IMG/VR virus record: IMGVR_UViG_3300005265_000433 | Location: 3,790-67,789 of that record | Origin: a virus | Reading direction: 5' to 3' (one strand) | DNA: 64,000 nucleotides | Shown: piece by piece, positions 18,986 through 29,225 of the stretch | Layout of the letters: each line of letters begins with the position of its first letter | How positions within the stretch are numbered: position 1 is the first letter of the stretch | The notes under the pieces: generated by a model | What the model saw: the letters and a program-made list of their open reading frames with translations, nothing else | What the model was told of the DNA's origin: nothing | The model's database searches: none | Translations under genes and position numbers: made by a program

Positions 18986-19960
18986 ATGGAACATACACTT
19001 AAAACAATCAAGTATTTACTATGTTTAAGAGAATCATTGGCAACAATTTTTCCAAAACAAAGTAATGAATTAATTAATGAATTTACTGATTATGAAATTT
19101 TATATTTAACTAAATATGGCAAACGCCCTAGATATAAGTTTAATTTCCTAGAGGAATCTTTATTAGTTGAAGATTTAAAAGTTTTTTTATTAAATAATAT
19201 TGACTTTTTAGAAGAAACTGTTGGGTTGCATGAATCACATATATTAATTGATTCTTTACAACCACTTGGAAAATCAGGTTTAACAAGTTCTAAAGTTTTA
19301 CTTGAAGGGATGATAAAATCTGGTACATTTAGTATTTTAACAGAACAGTCAAAACAACATCAATATACCTGGAAAGAAGATCCAGAAACAGGTGATAAAT
19401 TATTGGTTGATATGACTGAAAATAGAATTGTTAAACGTGTTCCAGCTAATACATCAACTAAAGAGCTTAAAAAAATAATGGATGGAGTTTCAAAAATTAG
19501 CTTAATTTCTAGCACTGCGGCTCAAGTTAGGGATCTTGGAAGGTCAGTTTCTTCGGGTGTAAAAGCAGCTGGTGAAATAGCAGGTAATGCAGGAAAAGCA
19601 ATTTTACAAGGTGCTAAAAAAGTTGGAACTTCAGCAGCAGCAGTTGGAAAATTTGCAGTTAGTAAAATAGGAACTGCAAATTTAGGATATGCTGCTTTAG
19701 CTGCGGCTTTAATGTATGGTGGATATAAGTTATATAAAAGCAAATTTTCTCAATCAGTTAGAGCATGTAGTAAATATACTGGTGAAGAAAAAATTAAATG
19801 TAAGAAAAAAATTCAAGCTGATGCTATTAGATCACAAATATATGATTTAAAAGTTTCGATGATAGCGTGTAATAAAACAGCTTCACCAAATAATTGTAAA
19901 TTAATTATTACAAATAAAATAACAAAATTACAAAAAAAACTTACAGATTTATCTGTTTAG
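18986..19960 (+). CDS. Paralog family member 1 (putative virion internal protein)
   Basis: CLRE...DYE N-domain; AALMYGGYK and 4-Cys C-domain. Confidence 0.7.
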   Translation: MEHTLKTIKYLLCLRESLATIFPKQSNELINEFTDYEILYLTKYGKRPRYKFNFLEESLLVEDLKVFLLNNIDFLEETVGLHESHILIDSLQPLGKSGLTSSKVLLEGMIKSGTFSILTEQSKQHQYTWKEDPETGDKLLVDMTENRIVKRVPANTSTKELKKIMDGVSKISLISSTAAQVRDLGRSVSSGVKAAGEIAGNAGKAILQGAKKVGTSAAAVGKFAVSKIGTANLGYAALAAALMYGGYKLYKSKFSQSVRACSKYTGEEKIKCKKKIQADAIRSQIYDLKVSMIACNKTASPNNCKLIITNKITKLQKKLTDLSV

Positions 19961-20024
19961 TTTGCATAGGGATAGATTAATATAAAATCAAAAAAAAATA
20001 AATTAAATAACAGGAGAAATTAAA

Positions 20025-20915
20025 ATGAGTAAACAAATAGAATCAATCACATTTTTTTCATGTTTAAGAGAGGCTTTAGCTCTTTCATTAGATAATATGG
20101 AAGGTTTACAAGAGTCTGAAAAAAGTTCTTTACAATCTTTTATTTTGAGTGAAAGTACAGACTATGAGGTAATGCATTTTTCAATAACTGGAAAATTTCC
20201 ATCAGAAAAATATAATTCTGTTAATGAAGCTATTTTAGTAGATACTATTAAAAATGAATTAACAGAAAACTATATAGAACTAATTGAAAGTGGAAATTAT
20301 ACAGAAGAAACTCTGGATAATCTTATAGAATCATTAATACCTTTAACTGAGAATGGTTTATCTTCTTCAACATTAATCCTCGAACATCTTTCATCTACAG
20401 GTATACTTCCATTAATTATATCTGAAAAATGGTATGATAAATTTTTACCAAAAAAAGATAAAACTACTGCTAAAAAAAGTGATATACCAAAAGGTATTTC
20501 TGACGCATCTGATGCAATGACGGGTCAGTTTAAACAAGCAGGTAAAATGAAGAACCCAATTATGGGTAAAAAGGGTTCACCAGCAGGTTCTGATACACCA
20601 GCAATAATAAAAGCTGCTGGAAATGCAACCATGGATGGTGATGGCACTGTTAAAAAACCTGAAAGCGCTGCCAAGGGCGCAATTTCATTGAAGAAACTTG
20701 GTGGTGCTGCTGGTGTTACTGTTGCAATTGCTGCTTTATTATATGGTGGCTATAAAACTTATAAACGTTTCTTATCTAAAGCAGCAAGAGCTTGTTCAAA
20801 TAAATCTGGAGCAGAAAAAACAGCTTGTATGGTTGCTTTTAAAAAGAATGCAGTTAAGGCACAGATTGCAGACTTACGTAGGGGTTTATCTGGTTGTTCA
20901 GGGGGAAGTAATTGA
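20025..20915 (+). CDS. Paralog family member 2 (C-terminus truncated)
   Basis: Same architecture but ends at SGCSGGSN, lacking the final Cys and helix. Confidence 0.65.
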   Translation: MSKQIESITFFSCLREALALSLDNMEGLQESEKSSLQSFILSESTDYEVMHFSITGKFPSEKYNSVNEAILVDTIKNELTENYIELIESGNYTEETLDNLIESLIPLTENGLSSSTLILEHLSSTGILPLIISEKWYDKFLPKKDKTTAKKSDIPKGISDASDAMTGQFKQAGKMKNPIMGKKGSPAGSDTPAIIKAAGNATMDGDGTVKKPESAAKGAISLKKLGGAAGVTVAIAALLYGGYKTYKRFLSKAARACSNKSGAEKTACMVAFKKNAVKAQIADLRRGLSGCSGGSN

Positions 20916-22179
20916 TCTTTCTTCTGCTGATGGACTAACTGAGGATGAAAAATCATCTTTATCTTCATTTATCATGAATGAAGCATCAGATTATGAAGTG
21001 ATGCATTTTGCAATGACTGGCCAATTTCCTGATGAAAAATATAATTCTGTTAGTGAAGCTATTTTAATTGAAGAAATTAAAAATGATTTAATTGGAAATT
21101 CATTTGAATTATGTGAATCATTAGGGGAGGATAAATTTGAAAACTTAGTTGAATCATTGGTTCCGTTGAGTGATTATGGTCTTTCTTCATCACAAAGTAT
21201 TTTAGAGTATTTAATTAATACCAATCTTATTACAGATTTAATTAGTGAAGGTGCAAAAGAAAAATTAGCAGCTATTCATGCGGAAAAAAAACGTAAACGT
21301 GATGCATCTAATGCTAATGCAAGAGTGAATAGAGATAGATTGCATACAGCGAAAGGTAATCCAGATGCAAACGAGTTTGTTTCAGCCAATGCTGATGTGG
21401 AAAAACGTGCTAAAAAGGATCAAGATGAATTAGCTGGATATAAAAAAGATCGTCAATTGAGGAGTGATACTAGTTCTTTGGAAGACAATAATATTAATGC
21501 TAAAACTTATGCTAAAACTCAAGCTGCTATGGGTGTACATAAAGCAAAAGAAGGTGCTAAAAATCTAGGTGCAAAACTCAAAAAAGCAGTAACTCCACTA
21601 AAACAGACAAAGTTGGGTGCTGGTGTAGAAGATGATAAAGTTGGTGTTGGAACTCAACTAAAAACTCAAGCTCAGTTAAAAGCAGCCAAAGCAAAAAAAG
21701 CAATTACAGATAAGATCAATAAGTATAGAAATCATAAAGAAAGTCCCATGGGTGCTGGTGTAGAAGATGATAAAGTTGGTGTTGGAACTCAAATTAAAAC
21801 CAAAGGACTAATGGCTGCCCACACAGCAAAACAACAAGCCATCAAAGCAGCTAATTCTGCATCTGAGGCTGCTGGTAAAGCTGCGCAATTTGTTAAATCT
21901 AATGCAAAACCTATTGGTGGTGCTGTATTAGCTGCTGCTTTATTATATGGTGGCTATAAAACTTTTAAAAGATTTTTTAGTAAAGCAGCAAAAGCTTGTT
22001 CAAATAAATCTGGAGCAGAAAAAACAGCTTGTATGGTTGCTTTTAAAAAGAATGCAGTTAAGGCACAGATTGCAGACTTACGTAGAAGTTTGTCTGGTTG
22101 CAAGAATACTTCAAATCCCCAGAAATGTCAATCAACTATTCAAGCTAAAATATCTAAACTGCAAGCAAAAGCTGCTTAG
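20902..22179 (+). pseudogene. Paralog family member 3 (native start apparently missing)
   Basis: Homology to member 2 begins at EVIDLS; upstream part of the called ORF is an off-frame shadow; internal GAGVEDDKVGVGTQ duplication. Confidence 0.55.
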
Positions 22180-22234
22180 ATTTAAGAACTATGAAATCAT
22201 ATTTATGATGGATAAATATTGAGGATATGATAAT

Positions 22235-23425
22235 ATGCAAAAATCAATTGTTAATAGTATAGCATTTTTTAGTTGTTTAAGAGAATTTGCTAGTTTATCA
22301 AATCCAAAACATAAAAAATATATAACAGAGAATGCAACAGATTATGAAGTTATATATTTTGCCGCAACTGGAAACTTTCCAAAAGAAAAATATAATAGAA
22401 TAAATGAAAATTTTTTAGTTGAAGTTGTAAGAAGGCAACTTAAAACTGAAGAGTTGAAAGAAATGGATGAATTGGTTAAAACTCTCCAGCCATTGAGTGA
22501 AAGTGGTATGTCATCTAATCCTACCATTTTATCATATTTAATGGAAACTTCATTAAATGATAAAATAAGTAAAATAAATAAACTATATTATAGTGGCGGA
22601 AAAGATGTAGATAACCGAGATTTAAAAAATTTAAAATATGATGCTAATGAGTATAAGAATAAAATGCTTGGTAATACAAGTGAAAAGTTAAGAAAACGAA
22701 AAATAAAATTACAAGCAATGAAAACTAAAATTGAACAAGATGCAATTGATGGCAACTTAAAAAATTATGATAAAGATAAGGCTGAATTTATTAAACTTGG
22801 AACACAATATAATAAAGATGCTAAAAAATATGATCGTAAAAAAGAAGATATAGTCGATCGAGTTGGAACCAGATTAAATATTAATAAAGATGATTATGGT
22901 TCATACGCTAAAGGTCAAGCAGACACTGAAGCAAAACCGAGTAAAAATTCATTATATAATAAAAAAGAATCTAAACACTCAAATATAATGAAGAGCACAG
23001 AGGGAACACCAAATGTAACACAGACTCAAAAAAAGACAATGCCAAAAGAAACACCAATTACAAAGAATAATAAACCAACTGTTCCACATGACGAGATAAC
23101 TAAACCTAAAAGTGTTAATAATTTATTACAAACAATTAAAAGTAATCCTGCTAAAACATTTTATGGTGCTATGATAGGTGCAGGTATTCTTTATGGTGGA
23201 TATAAAATATATCAGCGTTTTCTAAGCAAAGCAGCAAGAGCTTGTTCTAATAAATCTGGAGAAGAAAAAACTGCTTGTATTGCACAATATAGAAATAATG
23301 CAATTAAAGCTCAAATAATGGAACTTAAAAAAGGTTTGAGTGTATGTGCAAAGACTAACAATCCAGCTAAATGTAAAGCTACAATTGAAGATAAAATTAA
23401 AAAACTACAAAATAAGCTGGGATAA
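22235..23425 (+). CDS. Paralog family member 4
   Basis: CLRE/DYE N-domain; LYGGYK...ARACSNKSG...NPAKC C-domain. Confidence 0.7.
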   Translation: MQKSIVNSIAFFSCLREFASLSNPKHKKYITENATDYEVIYFAATGNFPKEKYNRINENFLVEVVRRQLKTEELKEMDELVKTLQPLSESGMSSNPTILSYLMETSLNDKISKINKLYYSGGKDVDNRDLKNLKYDANEYKNKMLGNTSEKLRKRKIKLQAMKTKIEQDAIDGNLKNYDKDKAEFIKLGTQYNKDAKKYDRKKEDIVDRVGTRLNINKDDYGSYAKGQADTEAKPSKNSLYNKKESKHSNIMKSTEGTPNVTQTQKKTMPKETPITKNNKPTVPHDEITKPKSVNNLLQTIKSNPAKTFYGAMIGAGILYGGYKIYQRFLSKAARACSNKSGEEKTACIAQYRNNAIKAQIMELKKGLSVCAKTNNPAKCKATIEDKIKKLQNKLG

Positions 23426-23503
23426 CTTTTCTATAGTAGAAAAGTGTTCAACGAAAGATATAACTACTGTTAAAGGATATCATTAATTTAAAATTGATTA
23501 TAA

Positions 23504-23526
23504 GAAATTCGGTTTTTCCGAATTTC
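23504..23526. terminator. Hairpin
   Basis: gaaattcgg-ttttt-ccgaatttc. Confidence 0.5.
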
Positions 23527-23577
23527 ATGGAAATAAAAACAAATATAGTTAACTGAAATCATTAAAGGAGATCAATC

Positions 23578-24366
23578 ATGTTTACAGGTTTTACGCAAAA
23601 ATTTCCAGAGTATGAGGTTATTACACCACAAACAAATCTATCTTTTACTTTAAGAACTTTAACTGTTCAGGAAGAAGAAAGAAGATTAAAAGGTAGTTTT
23701 GTCACACCCCAAAAAATAATTGATCATTTGAATAGAGGTATATTTGATGCACTTATTCAAAAACCAGAATCAATTACAGATTATAAATCATTTCTAAATT
23801 CAGTCACAACCAAAGATAGAGACGCTTTATTATATGGATTATTTCATATAACATATGAAGAAATTAGAAATTATGATGTTACGTGTTCTAAATGTGGGCA
23901 TGTACATGCAGTAACAGTTAAAGCAAGTGAAACATTCAGTATGAACCCATATCCAAAGGAAAATATTTTAAAACAAGAAAAACTTATAAAATTAAAACAA
24001 ATGAAAGATGTATCTGTTGTTTTAAAACAACCAACACTTGCTGATGAAAATGAAATATTATCTCAATTTGCAGGTAGTGCTGAATTTTCAACAGAATTGG
24101 TATCTGAAACATTATTTATAAAACGTTTTGAACAAAACGTTGAAGAAATAGTTGAACCTGTTATTATAGATAATAGACATGATATTATTGAAGGTTATCA
24201 ATCATTACCAGCAAGGGATAAACGTCTCATTATTAAAGAATATAAAAAATCATTTGGTAAATATTGTTCAACTTTAAAAATGAGGGCTCATTGCCCAGCA
24301 TGTGGTGCGCAGGAGGTGATCGACATTGACCTTGTCGATAATTTCTTTCGCTCACTATATGAGTGA
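23578..24366 (+). CDS. Baseplate hub assembly chaperone (T4 gp26-like)
   Basis: LT.QEE, DRDALL, two CxxC pairs, FF C-terminus. Confidence 0.65.
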   Translation: MFTGFTQKFPEYEVITPQTNLSFTLRTLTVQEEERRLKGSFVTPQKIIDHLNRGIFDALIQKPESITDYKSFLNSVTTKDRDALLYGLFHITYEEIRNYDVTCSKCGHVHAVTVKASETFSMNPYPKENILKQEKLIKLKQMKDVSVVLKQPTLADENEILSQFAGSAEFSTELVSETLFIKRFEQNVEEIVEPVIIDNRHDIIEGYQSLPARDKRLIIKEYKKSFGKYCSTLKMRAHCPACGAQEVIDIDLVDNFFRSLYE

Positions 24367-24547
24367 TAAAGGTGTCGAGTCATATAGAAAAATTTTAAAA
24401 GAAAATGTATATACATGTATGGAATGGAGTCACCAGTCATATGAAGAAGTAATGAATATGCCAGTTCAAAAACTAACAGATTATTTAACATGGAAAACAA
24501 ATTTAGAAGAAAGTAAACGTAAAATGTTAGAGGAGCAAAAGATATAA
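24359..24547 (+). CDS. Small baseplate assembly protein (T4 gp51-like)
   Basis: SYEEVMNMP motif; ATG overlaps the previous stop. Confidence 0.55.
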   Translation: MSDKGVESYRKILKENVYTCMEWSHQSYEEVMNMPVQKLTDYLTWKTNLEESKRKMLEEQKI

Positions 24548-24970
24548 ATGGCAAGTAATTTAAAAAAATTCAATAGAAATGTTTTAGGAGCATCAAATAA
24601 AATATTTGATTATATGCCCGATATATCTCCTTCTGGTGATGTTAAAAGATTAAGTGAAATAGATGTAATTATTAATTCTTGGAAAAATATTTTATTAACA
24701 CCAGTTGGTTCATATGATCACAACCCAGAATATGGAAGTATATTATATCAACTACTATTTGAACCAGCTGATAATATAACTATTGATAAAATAAAAACAG
24801 AGTTAGAAAGTAAATTGATGTTATATGATGATCGAGCTAAAATTATGTCAACTGATGTAAAATATATATCTTCAAATAAAAAAGGTTTTAATATTGACAT
24901 TGATGTTTTATATAAAGGCAATCAAAAAAATATGAGTGTTTCTATAACAGAAGAAGGTATGGTAAAATGA
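24548..24970 (+). CDS. Baseplate wedge protein gp25-like
   Basis: NILLTP.G....PEYGS.L..LLFEP, YD.R. Confidence 0.9.
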   Translation: MASNLKKFNRNVLGASNKIFDYMPDISPSGDVKRLSEIDVIINSWKNILLTPVGSYDHNPEYGSILYQLLFEPADNITIDKIKTELESKLMLYDDRAKIMSTDVKYISSNKKGFNIDIDVLYKGNQKNMSVSITEEGMVK

Positions 24971-25623
24971 TAAGATCTCAGTTATGGACACGATTATATG
25001 ATTATATTGAAGAATATCAATATTTAGTTTATGAATATTATAGTAAAGATGCAATTGCTTTTCTTGTTACATATTATCATTTAAATAAAGATGAAACAGT
25101 TTGGGATGATACTGATTTATTTGGAGGGTATTACGAAAAAATTGGTGATTTAACTGGAGTTAAATGGGATAAGATATTATTATTACCTATTTTCTTTATT
25201 GAAGATGTCATGACAAATTTTGATGCAACTGTTGAAAGTGGTCAAATAAAATTGAATGAAACTTCTATTGTAATACCATCAGAATATGGTTTTACTCCTT
25301 ATCCAAATGATATTATTAAGTTTGATCAACATTATCTTAGACCAGAATTAGATAATTATCCATTATTTTCTGTGACAGGTGTTGAAGTTGGGCCAAATAC
25401 AGATAGGAGATTTTGGAAATTAAAAATAGAAACTGAACAAAGCCGAACTACTGAAGAAGTAGATCAACAAGTGGTAGGTTTATATACATTTTTTGATTAT
25501 GACAAAAAAATACATACTGTTGATGATGCTCTAATTATGACAACAATTTTAGAAAAAAATCAATTAATTGGCACTAAGTTGACAGAAAAGTTTGATCAAC
25601 GTAGTGGTTTTTATTTTTTATAA
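24967..25623 (+). CDS. Hypothetical virion protein
   Basis: 218-aa ORF between gp25-like and gp6-like genes. Confidence 0.6.
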   Translation: MIRSQLWTRLYDYIEEYQYLVYEYYSKDAIAFLVTYYHLNKDETVWDDTDLFGGYYEKIGDLTGVKWDKILLLPIFFIEDVMTNFDATVESGQIKLNETSIVIPSEYGFTPYPNDIIKFDQHYLRPELDNYPLFSVTGVEVGPNTDRRFWKLKIETEQSRTTEEVDQQVVGLYTFFDYDKKIHTVDDALIMTTILEKNQLIGTKLTEKFDQRSGFYFL

Positions 25624-25632
25624 GGTATTAAT

Positions 25633-28122
25633 ATGGCTGATTTAGATTCCCAAATTTATCTATCGAGAGATGAAATAAGAAATCAAATAATCTCATATAT
25701 GCAAGAATACTTAGAGCTTGAAAATGTTGATTTAACTAATTCTTCATTTTTATCATTTATAGTTAATATTATTTCAACATTAACATCTAATTTAATGTTT
25801 TATCAATCATCTATCTATAAAGAATTTTTCCTAACTAGAGCACAATTACCAGAATCAATTTTAAATTTGGCTGCTTTTTTAGGTTATAATCCAGCATCTG
25901 CACAATATTCAGAAGTTGATGTTATGCTATCTATCCCTCTTACATTTGAAGATCCACTGGTTGAAATTATAATGCCAGAGCATTTTTCATTTCATACTAA
26001 AGATAATATTAATTTTTTAACTACATATATAACAAAACTAACAATCACTAATAATAACAGTGTTCGAATTCAAATTACTGAAAATGAAGGTACAATTGAT
26101 ATACCAGTTCATATAGATACTCCATCTAATACTTTTAATTTTTTATTACCTCTTAAACAATATGAATTAACAAAACAAGAATTCCAAATACCTGAAGATA
26201 CCCCACTTTATCAATTTATTTATATTGATGTTCCTTTTGAAAATCAAATTTCATCAATGATAGTAAAAGTTGTAGCACCAGGTAATGAAGATGATAATTT
26301 TGAAATATATACAAAATATGATTCCGTTTATTTGATGGGTTCTGATGATAAAGGTTACGTTGCTAGAAGATCTGAATATGGATATAGATTATATTTTGGT
26401 AATGGTATAATGGGTAAACAACCTGAGCCTGGTAGTAAAATATTAGTTGATGGTTTTATAACTAGGGGGAGTGAAGGTAATATTATAAGTGCTTCTATTA
26501 ATAGAGGGGAACAGATATATATTACTACCCAAAGTGGTCAAACTGAAATAGTTAATTATGATGTTACAAATCCATCTCCAGCTATAAATGGTCTTGATGA
26601 AGAAGAAATCGAAGATACTAGAGGGAATGCAATTGATAATTTAACAACTTTACATAGATTGGTTTCAGAAGAAGATTATAAAAAATTAAATATTGTTGCT
26701 ACTGGATCTCCTTTGGCTGAAAACTCAATGCCTGTTTTAAAACGTTCTGATGTAAAAACTAATGAAATTCAAGTATTTACAACATTCAATTATATAAATG
26801 AAATAGTACCCGCTAGAAATGCTGCAATTATAATACCTGGTACACAATTATATATACCACGTGGTTCAATTATTCCCATTGATGGTGTAAATTTTATAAC
26901 ATTATTTGATATGCATGTTGATAAATTAAATCAAGTAACCTATTATGAGTATATACTAAATAGTATCGAAATTTCACCTGTTTTTCAAGCTGGTTATAAT
27001 TCAGGTTTTAGTTTATTTTCAAATAAAGTTAATGTATATCGAAATGGAGAAGAAGCAATATTTGAAATAACATATTCTTCTTTTGAAAATACACTTGATA
27101 AATTATCATGTACTATGGAAATTAGTAATTTAGGTAGCCAAAGTTTAATGGTCCATGATGAAATTAATAAAACTTTCTCTTTAACTGTAGATGAATATAC
27201 ATCACTTCCAAACGGTATTAATAGATATTATTTTACATTTAGACATGATGATTTAGGTTTAATTTCTCAGTATACAGTTGATTTGGCTTTTAGAAAAAGT
27301 TTAAAAGATATGATGATGTCTAATACTTATACTGATTCAACAAGTACTATTATTTATGATATTCCAGTTATTGAAAAAGAATTTTATGATAATACAGATC
27401 AAAAAATATTTGAGTTGCAAATTTTACAAAAGATGTTAGATACTTTAGAATTTAAAACATATAAAATGTTAACAGATTTTGTTAATTTAAAATTTACCAA
27501 TTCAACGGGTATAATGAGAAATATGCTATTAAATAAGACCACTAGGCTATCCGTTATTGATTATGATATGTCAGCTATACCTATAGATATAACAGAGGGT
27601 GATAGGTATATTATTAGTGGGGATGAATTATATGAATGGACTGGACGAAAAAATCAAATAGCTACTTGTACAGACGCAACAAATGTAACTTGGGTTTATT
27701 CCATTCCTGTAATGGATGATATGGTATTTATAGAAAATGAAGGAAAAAATTTCATATTTACAGAAAGTGGATGGATTCCCGCTGAATTTACTATTCCTTT
27801 AGAAATAGAACTAGATGTTCTAAAAAATTTAAATTATAATGGTTCAATGACTCAATTAATGGACAAAATTAAAGAAGCATTATATGATAAATTTAAAGAT
27901 AGATTTGGAGCAAATATAGCAATTTATAGATCTGAAATAATAAGAGAAGTTCAAAATGTGGAAGGTGTGGACCATTGTAAATTAATAAAACCAGAAGCTA
28001 ATATCTTTTTTAATTTTAATATTGATGATTTTACAGAACAAGAATTATTAGTATATACCCCAGAATATGTATTTTTCACAAAGGATAATATAAAAGTTCG
28101 AATATTAACTAGTGGTGTATGA
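25633..28122 (+). CDS. Baseplate wedge protein (T4 gp6 / baseplate J-like) with a DUF2793-like insert
   Basis: E.FLTRAQ..SI..LA..LGY.P, FGNG..GK.P, T.G..GN, RLVS.EDY, V.GVD. Confidence 0.88.
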   Translation: MADLDSQIYLSRDEIRNQIISYMQEYLELENVDLTNSSFLSFIVNIISTLTSNLMFYQSSIYKEFFLTRAQLPESILNLAAFLGYNPASAQYSEVDVMLSIPLTFEDPLVEIIMPEHFSFHTKDNINFLTTYITKLTITNNNSVRIQITENEGTIDIPVHIDTPSNTFNFLLPLKQYELTKQEFQIPEDTPLYQFIYIDVPFENQISSMIVKVVAPGNEDDNFEIYTKYDSVYLMGSDDKGYVARRSEYGYRLYFGNGIMGKQPEPGSKILVDGFITRGSEGNIISASINRGEQIYITTQSGQTEIVNYDVTNPSPAINGLDEEEIEDTRGNAIDNLTTLHRLVSEEDYKKLNIVATGSPLAENSMPVLKRSDVKTNEIQVFTTFNYINEIVPARNAAIIIPGTQLYIPRGSIIPIDGVNFITLFDMHVDKLNQVTYYEYILNSIEISPVFQAGYNSGFSLFSNKVNVYRNGEEAIFEITYSSFENTLDKLSCTMEISNLGSQSLMVHDEINKTFSLTVDEYTSLPNGINRYYFTFRHDDLGLISQYTVDLAFRKSLKDMMMSNTYTDSTSTIIYDIPVIEKEFYDNTDQKIFELQILQKMLDTLEFKTYKMLTDFVNLKFTNSTGIMRNMLLNKTTRLSVIDYDMSAIPIDITEGDRYIISGDELYEWTGRKNQIATCTDATNVTWVYSIPVMDDMVFIENEGKNFIFTESGWIPAEFTIPLEIELDVLKNLNYNGSMTQLMDKIKEALYDKFKDRFGANIAIYRSEIIREVQNVEGVDHCKLIKPEANIFFNFNIDDFTEQELLVYTPEYVFFTKDNIKVRILTSGV

Positions 28123-29225
28123 TGAAAGAATTAATAAACAATAGAATGAGTTTAACAAGTATAAAACGAGTATTGACTATAACATCTATTAATGAAATAA
28201 ATAATATATCTCAGCCTTGTTACTCTCCACAATTAAAAAAACATTATTTTGAATTATTAAGATATGCAAATATAACGGATAAACAAGTAAGTATTGCTGT
28301 TAAAAATTATTGGAAAAATACTAAAGCTAAAACATGGAATTTAGAAAATGATAATTGCACCAATCTATTAATTTTATTCATGCATTTATTCCTTCAAAAG
28401 AGAGATATTCAAGCTTTCAAATCAGCTATGTTATATCATATGGTTAGACAATATTCTAATGTTTTTCATCATTATTTACCTCAATACTGTAATGAAAATG
28501 TATTTAGATATACATTAGATAATTTAACAAAAACTCACATATTTTATATTAAAGAAACTATTGGTTCCGCTGTGTTTTATTTATCTGAATCAGTTGTAAA
28601 AAGATATCAGAAAATATTAACAGAATATAAAGATCCTATGCAAGTATCACTATTTATAAGAGAAAGTAGGCATCGATTAGCTCAAAGTTTTAGAAGCTTT
28701 GCAAATTCATATTATAAAAATGACGAAGCTGGAAAAGGAATAAAACAAACTGATGAATATGAGGATGTTGAAGATAAACTTAGGTCATCAAAATTAATTG
28801 ATGATTTAGTAAATAAAATAACTGTTTATCGAATATTTGATAGAAAAGCTTTTGATGTGTCAAGAAAATTTAACAAAACTGATGTTACTATAAGTAAAAA
28901 ATTAATTAGTGCTTTGATGGATCCAAAATATAAAGATGACTTAAAACTTTGCTATGAATTATTCATAAAAAATTTACCAGATGAAGTTAGCGCAATATGT
29001 AGCACAAAATTTTTTAAGATATTGAAAAAACTTCTATCATTAAAAACGTCCAAGACAGATATTTATTTTAAAAAACAATGTCAAATTTTGTTAAATAAAT
29101 TATTTAATAAAATTAAAATGGAAAAAGATTATAGTAAATATTCGGAGCAAACAAAATTTAATTATTTAAATTTTTTAACAATGTATTTTATGTTAATATT
29201 AAGATTTAATATATGTCAAAATTAA
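28119..29225 (+). CDS. Hypothetical protein
   Basis: 368-aa ORF. Confidence 0.7.
   Translation: MMKELINNRMSLTSIKRVLTITSINEINNISQPCYSPQLKKHYFELLRYANITDKQVSIAVKNYWKNTKAKTWNLENDNCTNLLILFMHLFLQKRDIQAFKSAMLYHMVRQYSNVFHHYLPQYCNENVFRYTLDNLTKTHIFYIKETIGSAVFYLSESVVKRYQKILTEYKDPMQVSLFIRESRHRLAQSFRSFANSYYKNDEAGKGIKQTDEYEDVEDKLRSSKLIDDLVNKITVYRIFDRKAFDVSRKFNKTDVTISKKLISALMDPKYKDDLKLCYELFIKNLPDEVSAICSTKFFKILKKLLSLKTSKTDIYFKKQCQILLNKLFNKIKMEKDYSKYSEQTKFNYLNFLTMYFMLILRFNICQN

Noticed and set aside
20698-20900. N-terminal 'signal peptide' of the called 493-aa ORF
   Set aside because: It is an off-frame shadow of paralog 2's C-domain; the same shadow appears as ORF 21947..22222
20730-22100. DGR template/variable repeat pair
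   Set aside because: Both copies are coding paralog ends, differences are few and not clearly adenine-specific, and no reverse transcriptase is in the window
7520-28122. T6SS or extracellular contractile injection system (PAAR, sheath, tube, gp25)
   Set aside because: Terminase, tape-measure-like gene, RNAP and SbcCD indicate a phage; no TssJLM/ClpV or Afp15-like ATPase was seen
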